From the human T2T-CHM13v2.0 reference genome, Homo sapiens: a stretch of DNA of 64,000 nucleotides. Under the pieces are notes generated by a model. It was not told the DNA's origin. It did not search any database and was given only the letters and a program-made list of their open reading frames with translations. Made by a program: the position numbers and the translations under genes. Position 1 is the stretch's first letter, and every line of letters begins with the position of its first letter. Shown in pieces: positions 12,500 to 26,084 of the stretch. The stretch lies in assembly GCF_009914755.1 (NCBI RefSeq), contig NC_060928.1. One strand, written 5' to 3'.

Positions 12500-13547
12500 A
12501 TTAGTGACAACTGAAAAATTTATAGCAAGAAGCCAGAGTCAGAGAAGGGCGGTTATATCAAAGGGCCAGTGAGACTAGGCTAATCTGTCCTCATGGGAAA
12601 ATTAATTCTAAAACAGGTTCTATCCAATTTTGAGCAGTTATCTCAATGAGCTAAAAACTAGTTAGATGTTTGTTCTTCATTTCAAATCAGGTTTATCCTC
12701 ACTGAAGGAGAGAAATTATAGAGGGATTTACAGTAATTATTTAGAGAAAGTGTCTTTGATTAAAATTTGTCATTTTCTTTGTGGTGCCTCTCAGCCTGGT
12801 TTCCTCTCATTTTGTACACACTACTGCCATCTACTGAAGAGAATTTTAAGGCGTTCATCGGTTTTCCATTTCTCCAGTTGTATAAACTTTGACTTTGGAA
12901 AATGCAAAACTAAGTGATTTTGTTTCTTTCCTGGCCCTTCAAAAATTAGTATTCTCTGTTCTTTATGATTTTGCTGTAATTACTGTTTGAATATTTTTAT
13001 TCAGAATATGCTTAAAAACTCAAAGACAAGGATTTCTTATATATAATCCCACTTTTAAACCAACACAGAAAAAACATGCACAGAAGTATTTTGTTGTTGT
13101 CTGTTTCTTTGAAAATAATTGAAATTACTGACGTATGATAGGAAGAATATAGAACTTAGAACTAAGGCCTAGTTGGTACCTTTTGCTGTCAATCAACAGG
13201 CTTGGACAAGACATAACCTCTCTGAACCTCTTCTGAAATTGTACTAATAATCTCAACATGAGAAGGTGCCTTGCACAGTGTGCCTGGTGTAGAATAGGCA
13301 TGCAGTAAATATTTGTTGGGTTTTTTTTTCTTTTTAAAGATTAGTGAGTAATATCATGAGGGCTAAAGGAGGATAAACAAAAACAAATGAGGAAAAATTA
13401 ATTTTGCCAATCAGCTAGAGATTTTATTGAAGTTCTGATAGTGTGATTGGAGCAGGTGTATTTAGCAAAACCTGTGTATAAGGGACAGAACATGGTACAA
13501 GGTCCAAATACAATCTGGAAATTTTCTTTAAAAAGAACAAAAAGAGG

Positions 13548-13725
13548 GGCTGGGAACAGTGGCTCATACCTGTAATCTCAGTACTTTGGGAGGCTGAGGC
13601 TGGAGGATCACTGGAGGCCAGGAAGTTGAAGCTGCAGTGAGCTATGATGGAGTCACTGCATTCTAGTCTGGGCTACAGAGAGAGACCCCATCTCTTGAAA
13701 AACAAACAAACAAACAAACAAACAA
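13548..13725 (+). mobile_element. Alu monomer (FRAM/FAM-like) with (AAAC)n tail
   Basis: Single-arm Alu sequence followed by AAAC repeats. Confidence 0.8.
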
Positions 13726-13992
13726 AGTAAGGCATGTCAAAATGGAATTTTTCAATGAGTATGGAGTTAGTTGAGGCTTTTGAGAAAGTTGGCATCAAAT
13801 TTTAAATCCCTGACAACTTTGAATATTAAAAAAAAACTTTAGAAAAATATTAAAACATTTGGTTTTTTCCTTAATTACCCATAGAAACACTTTATACTGT
13901 ATTTTCAAACAAAAGAAAAATATAAGTCCCATAGTATATTATAGTAATTAGCCAATGATAAAATAAAATTGTTTTAAGCTAAGTTTTTTTGT

Positions 13993-13996
<4 letters not shown>

Positions 13997-14025
<29 letters not shown>
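13997..14025. repeat. (TA)n microsatellite
   Basis: About 14 perfect TA units. Confidence 0.95.
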
Positions 14026-14029
<4 letters not shown>

Positions 14030-14890
14030 TTGTGGAAAAAAGTATAAAAATATTTTAAAAATGTGTGAACTAACTCCCCATTCACACACACATATACAGC
14101 TAGCTTCACCACAAAAGCTTCTGCTACCATTCTGTTATCTTTCCATCCAGTTTTGTTCATTACATAGTAAAATGAAAATGATTGGGCCAAATTAAAAGCA
14201 GGAACACAAACTTCCTTAGAAGAAATGTTCTCTTGGAAATGTGATATGCTGCCTTTTCAAAACTCTTTCCAAAGCATAGCATGGGACAGGAAATTACTGA
14301 AGTACGTGCAGCTCTGAGCTGTCCATTGGTGAGCTTCCTATATATGATTTCAATGCTCCGGCCCTTTGTTCCTGGAGCAGGAGATGAGAGCACTCACTAA
14401 AACATCCTGAGTTAGGCACAGGCTCCTCCCAGGCGTCTGGATGTGGGCATCTTCCTGATGATGGTTGACTTGGGCTCTCCCACAGGTCACTGGCAAATGA
14501 TCAATACAGGGAGTTTGTACTGAGTGGTAGATCCCACATCCACCGGGTTGATCCTTGAGAATAATTGTGATATTCTCAAATTTCAGCCAAATCTTCTAGC
14601 AACTGAACAGAGCTCATTCTCCCACTTCAAAAGTATTTTTGTTCAAGTGCCACCTCCTTAGAGAAGCCTCTGCACGTGACCCTGTCGAAAGAAGCATCCC
14701 GGCTGCTTTCTATTCCATTAGTTCCTTTATTTTTTTAAATAAGTAAGTGCAATCATGGGCACTTGCTTAATAATTATTGAATAAGTGTGTGACTACATGG
14801 GTGAATGAAAATGGAACCAAGATGTGGTGACAGTATGTCTTTTCATCCCAGGGGAGAAATAACTCTGTGTGCATACTGCTTCCTCGGCAG

Positions 14891-15041
14891 GTGAGGGACT
14901 CTGCCCAGTCCTTCTTGACAGTGCACGTGCCTCTATATGTGTCCTACATCTATGTGACAGCCCCCAGGGGCTGGGCCTCCTTGGAGCACCACACCGAGAT
15001 GGAGTTTTCTTTCTTCTATGACACTGTTCTCTGGAGAACAG
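14891..15041 (+). CDS. FRAS1: FRAS1 coding exon (~67) VRDSAQSF...VLWRT
   Basis: ggcag|GTG acceptor; CAG|gtatgc donor; 151 nt; phase 0 to 1. Confidence 0.96.
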
Positions 15042-15664
15042 GTATGCCCACTGACGCCTTAACTATCCCTTTAGTTAGGGCTTCACTCAAGCAAGATTAA
15101 AAGAAGAGTAGTGACTTTTAACAGTAGCTGCATTTCTCATCCTGTTATCCCGAAGACAAAGTGGGGCCACCTCAAAGTGCAGATCTGTGGTTCCTGAAAA
15201 GAATGATGTCCTTCTGTCCTGATGCTGGAAGGTCTCAGCCCAGATAGCTAAGGTCCCAGCGTAGAGGATGGCAAGTGACAAATGAGTCCTCTACTGCCCG
15301 TTAGGGATTCAGATGGGTGTGTGTTCTTTTGGAATATAACCCAAATGATTTTCATTTTCTCCTAGTGAAAAATTGTGTGGTTCTTGTTTTTACAGAGCAA
15401 AAGGATCTTCAAATCAGATGCAAGGAAATGGAAAAATGTGTCAAGAGCACTTGAAATATTTATGTCAAGTAGCCCACTTTATTCATTTGGCAAAGAGTCT
15501 GCTCTTTAATTACATCCTCCAAAGAAGGGATTTTAACCTTCCGAAGTCAAGGGCTGTGATACTGAATGTTTAAAATGACCTTTCCCTCAGGCTCATCCCC
15601 ATTACTGTCCTCTTTGGGAGGAGCCTCCAAGAACTAAGTGGGAGGCAGCCCTTCAGCTGGGAGC

Positions 15665-15720
15665 CCACACCTCACCCCCACTCAGTTTCCACACCTCACC
15701 CCCACTCAGTTTCCACACCT
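15665..15720. repeat. 24-bp tandem repeat, 2.3 copies
   Basis: CCACACCTCACCCCCACTCAGTTT twice plus CCACACCT; the copies are identical. Confidence 0.95.
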
Positions 15721-16020
15721 ACCTCCTCCTACTGCTTCCACATAGATGCTCCTTAAAACTCCCCAATTTTCTCCTCCGTTCTCTCCAATCGTTCTTGGTT
15801 ATTTTTGTTTTTCTTGTTTTTTTTTTTTTCCTCATTTTTAGTGTCCTGTACTTCACACACTACCCCTAACCTATTTCCCCAAACCCATTTCCCCTAAATT
15901 CTGCTGCTCCCATCCTCCCTGTTTTCCTCTTCAGGGGTGAGGTGCTTTATCTGGGGCAAACATACTAAAAAAAATACAAGAGTTTTCTTTTGAGAAAGCT
16001 TCATCTCTACTAATTGAAAT

Positions 16021-16367
16021 TACAGTCATCATTCATATCTATTAGTGTTTGGTTCCAGGACCTCCCACAGACACCAAGATCTGAGGATGCTCAAGTCCCT
16101 CATATAAAATGGTGTAGTATTTACATATAACCTATACATATACTCCCTTATGCTTTAAATCATCTCTAGATTATTTATAAACCTAATACAATGCATATGC
16201 TATATAAATAGTTGTTATGCTATATTGTTTAGGAAATAATGACAAAAAAATCTATATGTTTAGTGCAGATGCATTTTTATTCTTATATTTTCTATTTGAG
16301 GTTGGGTGAATCCACAGATGCAGAATCCATGATGTAGAACCTACAGATACAAAGGGCTGGCAGTGTA
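16021..16367. mobile_element. MER2 (Tigger-family) DNA transposon fossil
   Basis: TACAGTC...GGTTCCAGGACCTCCC...GATGCTCAAGTCCCT...AAATCATCTCTAGATTA...; TA-flanked. Confidence 0.8.
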
Positions 16368-17082
16368 GTCCTTTCTTCTGTGAAATGTCTTAGGCTCAAA
16401 TCATTTTTGGCTTTATATTTCTCATGGGAAAATAACTTCAGGCAGCTTTCCCACTCTGGGTCAGATAATTCCTTGAGCTCTTGTTTTTGTTTTGTTTTGT
16501 TCAAGTTCATGTTTCTAATCCTTACGTTACTCTTTGGTTTTGTTCTTTCTGAACTCACTGGGGACCATGACTACAATTTCCTTTATTAAAGCCACAGCTT
16601 TCTTGTGTCATGTTGGCTTTCTACAAGCTGGCTTTAATTCTCCTTTGGTTTGAGTACTAAATGTAGCCACCAGGACTTTGTTTATACCTCTGTTAAGTCC
16701 GGAAAGGTATCTTGGCGAGGAAAAGAAAGTATAATAAGAAGCAGATGTGCTGTAACCATACCCTGGTGTAAAGTTTGATAGTAAGAAGTTTTAAGATTCA
16801 TTTTTTTGCTGAACCCTGCATCTGGGTTAAGTGGAACTTACAGGTTTGAAAAGTCTATGTCAAGAACAGTGGAACCATTACAAAAAAAAAAAGAACCAAG
16901 TGAAATTAGCTGTCATACAATTTTAATTGGCATATGTTTCTATAGACATATAAATGTTATCTTGTTACATTCAAATAAATGTGCAGCTATACTTGGAGGT
17001 GTCCTTGGGATAACTTATATGTGGTTGCTGTCAGGGAGGAATTTTCCATGCCCTAGCATTTTCTCTCTGCTTTCCTGCCCAG

Positions 17083-17190
17083 GAATCCAGACAGACAGCG
17101 TGCTCTCTGCAAGGCTTCAGATAATAAGAATCTACATTCGAGAGGATGGCCGTCTTGTCATTGAATTCAAGACCCATGCCAAATTCAGAG
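17083..17190 (+). CDS. FRAS1: FRAS1 coding exon (~68) (G)IQTDSVL...HAKFR
   Basis: cccag|GA acceptor; GAG|gtaata donor; 108 nt; phase 1/1. Confidence 0.96.
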
Positions 17191-18208
17191 GTAATATCAA
17201 TGCCGTTTTTTTTTTCCAACTTTTTATTAAGAAACATTTCACACATACAGAAAGTTGAAAGAATAGAACAGTAAAAAATAGTCAACAATGATTAACATTT
17301 TGCTATACATCCATGTGCACATACATCCATCCATACATATCTTTTTTTGTCACACCGTTCAGAAACAAGTTGCAGACTTCGTGTCAAGTTACCCAAAATA
17401 CTTCAGTTGACATCTCCTAAGAACAAGGACATTCTCTTATAGAATCACAACATCATGATCACTTCTACGATATTTAGCATTGATTGAATAATATCCAGTC
17501 TCTATTCATATTTCCTTTATTGTTCCACAAACGTCTTTTCCACTTATTTTTATATTTGTTTATTTTATAACTGCTTACATAAAAAGAAAGAAGTTCCAGT
17601 TATGATTCATATGTTACATTTTGATTGTTATATTGCTTTAGTTTCTTTTAATCTAAAATATTCCCCCTACTTTTATTTATTCACAACGCTATTTCAGTGC
17701 AGTTTTAAAGAGTGGGGGTATCTTGCTGATAACATTTACCCTTTTAATGATGTTTATAATTATACCCTTCTACCAAGGACTTCAATGGCCCTAAATGTGA
17801 CTTTTATCTGATGCTGATATTTCCATTTATAAACTACTGAGACCTTTCTACCTCCAAGAAACATGTTCGTTAGAATTCAAAGCTATGTATATTCAGTGTT
17901 CATTGTCACATAAAGACCCCTATTATTGTGAATATACTCATTAGCACCATTTCCACAAGGAATATTCCTATTGTTTATAAATAAATACCTATGACTATGA
18001 TGACCATCACAAGTAGGACGATGGGCTAGGGTGAGATGCCATTCTATCCAGTGTGGAATATATTCTAAGGGGCAAAATGGGCTAAGCTTAGTTGTTTGAG
18101 AGAAGAACATTAATTCAGTTCTCAGGCTTTTGTGGGGCTCTACCAGGTACAGTCAAACTAAAGCTCTACCACAAGTACAATAAATGCATGTGTTTCCCCT
18201 TCAAATAG

Positions 18209-18368
18209 GACAGTTTGTGATGGAGCATCACACTCTCCCAGAAGTGAAATCTTTCGTATTGACTCCAGACCACCTAGGAGGAATTGAATTTGACTTGCAG
18301 CTATTATGGAGCGCTCAGACTTTTGATTCTCCACATCAACTCTGGAGAGCCACAAGCTCTTATAACAG
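18209..18368 (+). CDS. FRAS1: FRAS1 coding exon (~69) (G)QFVMEHH...SSYN(R)
   Basis: aatag|GA acceptor; CAG|gtaaat donor; 160 nt; phase 1 to 2. Confidence 0.96.
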
Positions 18369-18501
18369 GTAAATACAGTGATGGAGGCCTCCATGGGTAG
18401 AGCTGAATGGTTTTCCATTTCTTTCAGGAGCTTGGGAAATAGTGCTTTCCTCTGAAGGCTAGACTTTTATTTTAAAAGGGGAATTGATAGAAATAACCCT
18501 C

Positions 18502-18665
18502 AGCTGGGAGTAGTGGTGCTAGCTGGTAGCCCAGCTACTCAGGAGGATCACTTGAACTCAGGAGTGCGAAGCTGCAGTTAGCCATGATGCCACCTGCAAA
18601 TAGCCACTGCACTCCAGCCTGGGCAACAGAAAGAGATCCTGACTCTTAAAAAATAATAATAATAA
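18502..18665 (+). mobile_element. Fossil Alu monomer (FAM-like)
   Basis: Contains AATAGCCACTGCACTCCAGCC and an (AAT)n tail. Confidence 0.75.
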
Positions 18666-21600
18666 TTAAAAGAAATGACATTCTAGCAAAGAAAGAAAGA
18701 AACAAATCTTGCTCAGATCAACTTCTGATATATAAATAGGAAGTGCTTACACTTATTGCAAGGGTGAGACCAGAAGGGGCACACATCACTTTCACCTACA
18801 ACCTATGGTGGGGAACTTAGTCACATGGCACACCTGCCTACAAGGGAAGCTGGGAAATGTGTCTAACTAAAACCTTTATTGAATAAAGAAATTTCATTTC
18901 AATTACAACAACCAGTGCAAAATATAGTACCTCTGATTAAGCCCATGTGTCGTTTACAAGATTTATTCCTCTCCCAGACCCAATATAGAGGTAGAATAGG
19001 AATTTAACAACTATAGTAAAATATCCCCCATCTGTAAAAGGGAAGAATGGAAAAAAAAATTAAAACCACTATGAAAAGGATAAGTGGGCAACCAGGAATC
19101 TGTCATAAATATATGATCCCCATTTTATAGGTAATGAGAGTAAGAGCTATATTTAGCATTAAAATCTTACTTCAAATTGTCTTGAGAATCATTTTCAAAA
19201 AAAATTTTTTCTTAACTTAAAATTTTTGATCTTATATCAGATATTTTTATTGTATAGTGATTCCTTTGAAATTGATATCTAATAACCTTCAAGGACTGTG
19301 CTTCATGTTCTTTGTCCCAGTTTATAGACAGGGAAACTGTCTTCCTTTAAGTATTCTGCTGACATCTTCATTGCCACTTGGATGAAGCCCACCCTCCTTA
19401 TGCAGCATACAAGGCCCAGCCTCCCCTCTGGTTTCACGTGAAACCCAGCCTTTTATCCACGTTAGTTACTCACCAATCCCTGAACCCACCAGCCCATCCA
19501 TACCTCCATGCTTTTGCAATTCCCTCAGCCCTTGCTGCTCTTTTCCCCTTGCAAAACTAACTCCTCTGAGACCCAGCCCAGCTCAAATACTGACCCCTTT
19601 GTGACAGCTTCCCAGACTTCCCATACAGTACTAGCAGCTCCCTCCTCCTGGTTCCTACTCTGTTCCAGCTTCTGCTGTAACACAGCTCATTATCTTATGA
19701 TGGTCTATCTGCTGGTCCCAGTTTTTCACTAGATTGTGAGCTTCTCCAGAGTAGAAGGCACATATGATTCATCTTAAATCCCCAGAACCACAGGTTTTAG
19801 CATGTGATAGGTTCTGAGCAAGTATCTTTTAGGAGCTTACCTTTGAGGTGAGGAGATAAAATACATAGATAAATGGCAAAATGAAGAACCCCACCAAGCA
19901 CTCCATGCTAAACACACTGTGAGAGATACAGGATAATATCAAGACCGTAGTTGTTCAGGGAAGAGAGAGCCAGAGGCTGGGGAGTTGTATAAGGATTCCT
20001 GAAAGAGGTGAGACAACTTATGGTCCGTGTTGTGATATGGGAAATGCTTAGATTCTAGCAAGGAGATTAAAAGAACTGCAAGATTAAAGACATGTGCCTA
20101 AGACTGTGTTTGACATGTTTGAAGGGATCATGAGGAAATGGACCTAAGTAGTATTTAGGAATAGAGAAAAGTAGGACCGAAGGCTTGGGAGGCTATGCTA
20201 TTTGTCTTGCATTCATTTGTTCAACAAGTATTTATGGAATGTTTACTGTTTGTCAGAGAAGGTTCTGGGCACCTTGAATATATTGGTAAACAAAATAAAG
20301 ATCCCTAAGTATAGGACTTAAAGTAAGGAGACACAAAACAGTAGACCTAATAAGCAAAGTATAACAAATGTCAGAAGGTGATAAGCGCTATGGGAAAATG
20401 AATGGTATGGAGCAGGGTAAGGGGAGACAGAAATGGGGAGACATTATAATTTTAATTAGAATGTTCCCAGTAGACCTTATCTGAGCAAAGACTTGAAGGA
20501 GGTGAGGGAGTTGGCTATGCAGAAACATGGGAAACAGGGTTCCTGGTAAAGTTCCTAAGATGGCAACATTTGGGCATGCTTGGAGAACAACAAGGAGGCC
20601 CATATGGCTGGCATGGAGTGAGCAGGGAAGAGAGTAGTAGACAATAATGCTGAAGAAGTAAGGAGTGGGAGTAGGGCCATGGGATGGGGCCTTGTAAACC
20701 AGTGTGCAGCCTCTGGCTTCTACTCTGTAGTGCAAGGAGAGCCCCTACAGGGTTTGAATAGAGCTAGTCACAATCTAGCCAGGCATGGATTGTTCTGCCT
20801 ATTTGAATATTTCTATTAATGAAGGGTTACTATCCACATTATAGGTGTCATTTTCCATGTAATTTAAATATGGTATACAAAGTCTCATTTCCTGCTGATC
20901 CAAGCTTTGAAGGAAAACTGCAGACATACAGACTTTTAGAACGGGAAGGAGCTTAGAAACAACGGCCCTGAAAGTCCTCATGCTTTGTTAAAGTCATGCA
21001 GCCATGGCAGAGGCAAGCTGAGGTTCTACTGGTTCCCAGTTTTCAGCCTGTGCCAGTCCACTACACTGACCCCAGGATGTGACATAAAAGTTTTATTATT
21101 GTTTTTAACCAAATCTTTGCTGTCAATTTACTGATAAATAGATAAGTATCCCAAAATGGTCAAAACAAGCACAGCATTTATGAGAACTGTTCACAGATCC
21201 CTCACAAACAGTTATAATGAAGATTCATAGTCCTGTGCTCTCCATTCAATGGATGACAGACTCCCAAGGCCCTTGAAGAAGGTTCCTGAAGCTTCTGAAT
21301 GCTTGGCTGCCTTCCAGGCCACCTGACAGGGTTGGAGCTGCCACCCAGTGAGAAGTGTGGGAGACGAAATAGGAGAGAGGTCCAAAGGCTTCCTGCTCAC
21401 AGAGTCATGAACTGGAGAATCCTGGGCCCCCCATAAACAGGGAAGTCCCCAAGTCCCCGTGAGTGGTCTCTAATGAGAAGTGATCTTGTTCTTCGACTTT
21501 ATAAAGGGATGAGGCTATGGAGTTTGAAAGGGGAACCTCAAAATTGAGTGTGAGTGAAACGGGTGCAGGGACTTTCTGCAGGGTGCTGCTTCCATATGCT

Positions 21601-22100
21601 CTGGAGTGGTGTCCTGGAATCCTGAGGCATTTGCTACCTCCTGTGTCACAGCAGCACCTGACACTATCACATCTTCAGAAATAAAAGCTGCTTTTCCATT
21701 TGGGAATGCATTGAATAGGGTATCTGTCATCAAGAAACACTAAACAGAAATTGTCAAACAAGTCTCATGAAATCCAAAGGAAATGGCCAATTCTGTTCTG
21801 TCATCACCTGAGCCTTCTATGTTTTCATATGTAGTCTGCCTTTCTTAGCTTTCCTCATAGGAAGGACCTGAATACCTGAATACATGAAAGTAGCTCTATT
21901 TAACACCTCTGGATAATACTCTGAAGGTTAGGATAATTGAAGATGAGTTCCCGAAAATGGTGTTTGCAGACTTGTAAAGTTCTTAGATGCTGGACACAAA
22001 TACCACCTGAAAACTGTTTAGTGAAGGCCATGTCTTTCTGGGTAAGCCAGCAACCTATCAGTTGTTCCCTACGATCACAGTCTGCTCTGCATGTTTCCAG

Positions 22101-22217
22101 GAAGGACTACTCAGGAGAGTACACCATCTACCTGATCCCTTGCACAGTGCAGCCCACACAGCCATGGGCTGACCCAGGAGAGAAGCCTTTGGCCTGCACT
22201 GCACATGCCCCAGAAAG
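22101..22217 (+). CDS. FRAS1: FRAS1 coding exon (~70) KDYSGEYT...HAPE(R)
   Basis: tccag|G acceptor; AAG|gtagga donor; 117 nt; phase 2/2. Confidence 0.96.
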
Positions 22218-22228
22218 GTAGGAAAATA

Positions 22229-22830
22229 TAGTCAATCCTCATTATTTGTTGATTCCTTATTTGTGAATTCTCCTACTCACTAAAATTTATTTGTAACCCC
22301 CAAATCAACATGGTGCTTTCATAGTCATTCACTGACATGCACAGCAGAGTCACAAAACATTTGAGTCACTTAACACACACATCCCCAGCTGAAGTCAAAC
22401 CTGGTGATACTCTGCCTTCTTGTTGCGGCTCTCATACTCCAAACAAGCATCCTATGCACAGTCTATTCAGTGCCATGTTTTTTGCATTTTTGTGCCTTTT
22501 GTTGATGATTTCTCCATTTAGAATGGCTCCCAAGTATAATGCCAAAGTGTTTTCTAGTATTTCTAAGCATCAGAAGGCTGTAATGTGCCTTATGATAACC
22601 ATGAGTTCAATAGAAATGAATCAACAATATGTATTAAATAAGGGGTCTTTACACAGAAACAGACATAAAACAAGGTTATATGTTAATTGGTTGATATAAA
22701 TGTTGTGAACAGAGGCTCATAGGAATCTAACCCTGTATTTCTTCTAGTAGCTGTGGCTCAATATCCACTAATTCATTATTTGTGGAGACTTTATAGAGCA
22801 TAACAATTGTGAATAATGAGACTCAACCAT
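22229..22830 (+). mobile_element. MER82-like Tigger-family DNA transposon fossil
   Basis: AGTCAATCCTCATTATT...CTAAAATTTATTTGTAACCCC...AATAATGAGACTCAAC with inverted termini. Confidence 0.75.
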
Positions 22831-22877
22831 ACATGAGCCCATATTCACCTCAGACCTGAGACTGTATTGTGCTGTAT

Positions 22878-22910
22878 ATTCATTCATTCATTCATTCATT
22901 CATTCATTCA
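22878..22910. repeat. (TTCA)n microsatellite
   Basis: About 8 TTCA units. Confidence 0.9.
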
Positions 22911-23814
22911 TATTTATTCAGCTCTTCTCATGTGTTTTGCTCAGGTCAAGGCATTGAGGTGATAGCACTACACTAGAGCAGAGGATTAAAAGTAATCCGT
23001 GCTCTCAGGCAGTTTATAGTCTAGGGTCACCTTTCTAGGAGCTGAGCAAAGTATATAGAAAACATTGCTGAGATAAAATGCCCAAGACAGAATCTGACAT
23101 TAACATTAAGAGAAGACTATTTGAAATGTGGCTTTTAAATAAAAGACTGAGAATTGGCTATTGGATTCGTCAATACTGAGGTCATTGGTGAACTCTGCCA
23201 AGAGCAGGTTTGGTGGACTAAAGGGGATACAAGCCTGATTGGGGTGAGCTTGAGAGAGAGGCGAGAAAGTAGAGACAGCAGGGATAAACAGTGCTTGAGG
23301 AGTTGCTATAGAGGATGCCAGAGCAAAGGGGCAATAACTGGAAACAGATGAGGAGTCAAATAAACAGCAGGTTTTATTTGCTTTATTTCAGGATGCTTGT
23401 ATGCTGGTGGGAATAATCCAATCGAGGGGAAAGTTGATGATGCAGGGGATAGAGGGAAAGCTTGCAGAGCCAGATATTTGAGCGGGGCAAGGGAGTAGAT
23501 CCAGGGCATGAGGGAAGGGCTGGCCATAGCTGGAAGCACAGAGAGTTCATCCACTGAAGAGGCAGGCAGTGAATCAATGGAAGCAGGTGAAAGGAGAATT
23601 GGGACACTAGGAGGATAAGGATGACAAAGTGGATATCTGATTGAAGCTATTCTCGCTGTGAAATGAAAAGCCCTACATTTGCTGAAAGTGAAGAATGTCG
23701 AGGTTTGAGAAGAGAGGAGGAAAGAAACAGGGCCATCTCAGACAGTGGAAAAGAGTAAATATACTAGAGGGTTACAGCTAGCAGCAGATCAGGCGGTGTG
23801 GAACTGCTTTTAAA

Positions 23815-24490
23815 TTGTCATATTATTGACATAAAATTGTACATATTTAAACTGTACAATTCGATAAATTTTTACCTATGTATACACTTGTGAAACATCA
23901 CCACAGTCAAGATAGAGACAAGATAGGGAACATATCCATTTCCAAAAAGATTCCTCGTGTGCCTTTGTAGTTCCTCCTTCACATCATCCATTCCCTTTCT
24001 GCAGATAACCACAGATCTGTTTTCTGCCACTATGGATAAGTTTTCTTTTTTTAGAGTGTTTTATAAATGACATCATACAATGTGAATTCTCTCTCTCTGG
24101 CTCATCGCACTCCGCATGATGATTTTGATTCATCTGTGTTGGGTGTATCAGTATTTGTTCCTGTTATTTCTGGGTTGGACTTCATGGTATGGATTTACTA
24201 CAGTTTGTTTATCAGTGATCAACTGATGAACATTTCAGTTGTTTCCAGTTTGGGGCTATGATAAATAAAGCTTCTATGAACCTACATGTACGAGCTTTAT
24301 ATAAACATGTGTTTTCTGTTTTCTTATGTAAATACCTAAAAATGGAGTGACTGGATCATATGACAGATGTATGTTTAACTTTTTAAGAAACTGCCAAACT
24401 GTCTTCCAGCATGTTTGTAAATATGTAACTATGTATGTCCATTCCCACCATGAGAGTGCACGCGCTCCCTTTCCCGTGCATTCTGCTAAT
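23815..24490 (-). mobile_element. Old L1M 3' fragment
   Basis: Antisense L1M motifs (TTTCCAGTTTGGGGCTAT, AAACTGCCAAACTG, CATTCCCACCA); boundaries approximate. Confidence 0.75.
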
Positions 24491-25157
24491 GTGGTTGGGA
24501 GGTCCTGGTGTGGCTGAGTAATTAAGAAGTGGGAGGAAAAGAAGAGAGGAGCTGGAAAGACATGAGGTGGTAGAGAGCGAGGTGCTGGAAATGAGATTTT
24601 TGGTGATGGTGCATAATGGGCCTATGAAGAGTAGGTAGCTGTAGCAGGGTGGTGAACAAGCTGTTTGGAGGTGAGGGAGTCAAGGAACTGGGAGTCTGGG
24701 GTAGTTGATAGTTCATCTGAATGGATGTTTAAGTCACAAAGATTCATGGCAGGAACAATGCCAGGAAGCACCATAGTTAGCCAAATGAAGGAAGGAAGGT
24801 GACCAGGAAAATGGTAGTTGGCTGCAGTAAGGAAGAATAATGGGAAAATAATCTGATGGGATATGCTGGGGAATTTTAATTCATTTAAATGTTTAAAAAT
24901 TATGTAATATTTCAGATATTCTGAAGACTATATATATATCATATAGCAGATCTACCACCCACCTTAAGAAACTCAAGAAACAGAACATTACCAGTACTCC
25001 TTCAATACCCTCAGTGCCCCTCTCCAATCATACTCCCTCTCTCTTCCCCACTAGGGTCACCACTAACCTGATATTTGTATTTATTATTCATTGTTTTGGT
25101 TTATGGTTATACCTCATGTATACTTCTACATGGTTTTGCAAGTTTTTGAACTCTAGA

Positions 25158-25523
25158 CAGTAGTCCCCCCTTATCCTTGGAGTAAATGTTCCAAGAGCCC
25201 CAGTGGGTGCCTGAAACCACACATAATACCAAACCCTATATGTACAATGTTTTTTCAATCTGCTAACCAAGACAGCTACTAAGTGACTAACAAATGGGTA
25301 GCATATACAATGTGGAGATGCTGAACAAAGGGACGATTCCTGTTCCAGGCAGGATGGAGCAGAAAGGCACAAGATTTCATCATGCTAGTAAAAATGGTAT
25401 ATGATTTAAAACTTATGAATTGTTTATTTCTGGAATTTTTTGTTTAATATTTTTGGACTATGGTAGGTCTTAGGTAACTGAAACAGAGAAAAGCAAACCC
25501 ATGAATGAGGGGGGAACCACTGT
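25158..25523 (-). mobile_element. MER44A-like (Tigger7-derived) DNA transposon fossil
   Basis: Inverted termini CAGTAGTCCCCCCTTATCC / GAATGAGGGGGGAACCACTG. Confidence 0.8.
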
Positions 25524-26084
25524 ATATAAGTTTCATACTGCATGAATTATCTCTGCTACTCTTTTTTTTAACTCAGTGAATCATTTGTTGATTCATTTGT
25601 GTTGATTCATGTAGCTGTAGTTTGTTGCTCACTGCATTAAGGAATTCATTGTAGGAAAATTCCACAATGTATTTGACCACTCCCTTTGGCTTTCTCTCTA
25701 TTACAAAGAAAATTCTTATATATATCTCGGTGCACATGTGTAAGTAGAGTTTCTCCAGGGTAGGTTCTGGATTTTTTAAGGGGAGAGAGGAACGACGGTT
25801 TGAAACTGGCTAAAAGGATCAAGGAGGACACCAACACTGTCCTCAGGCCCTGTGTGGCATAAATGTGGGAGGTGGCAGAGGAAGAATGTTGCTGAGGATA
25901 CTGAGGCTTCAGAGTTGGGGGTCCTTGCTTTACATCAGGGAGATTATTACTTGCAGATGCCCCATTATTCCCAGGGTGACTCCCCCAGGCTTAACCTTGG
26001 ATCCCCTATATAGCTCCATGTGGATGCGATAGAACTACAACACACATACAAAATCAAGACTGATACAGGGAATTTGGACTTAAT

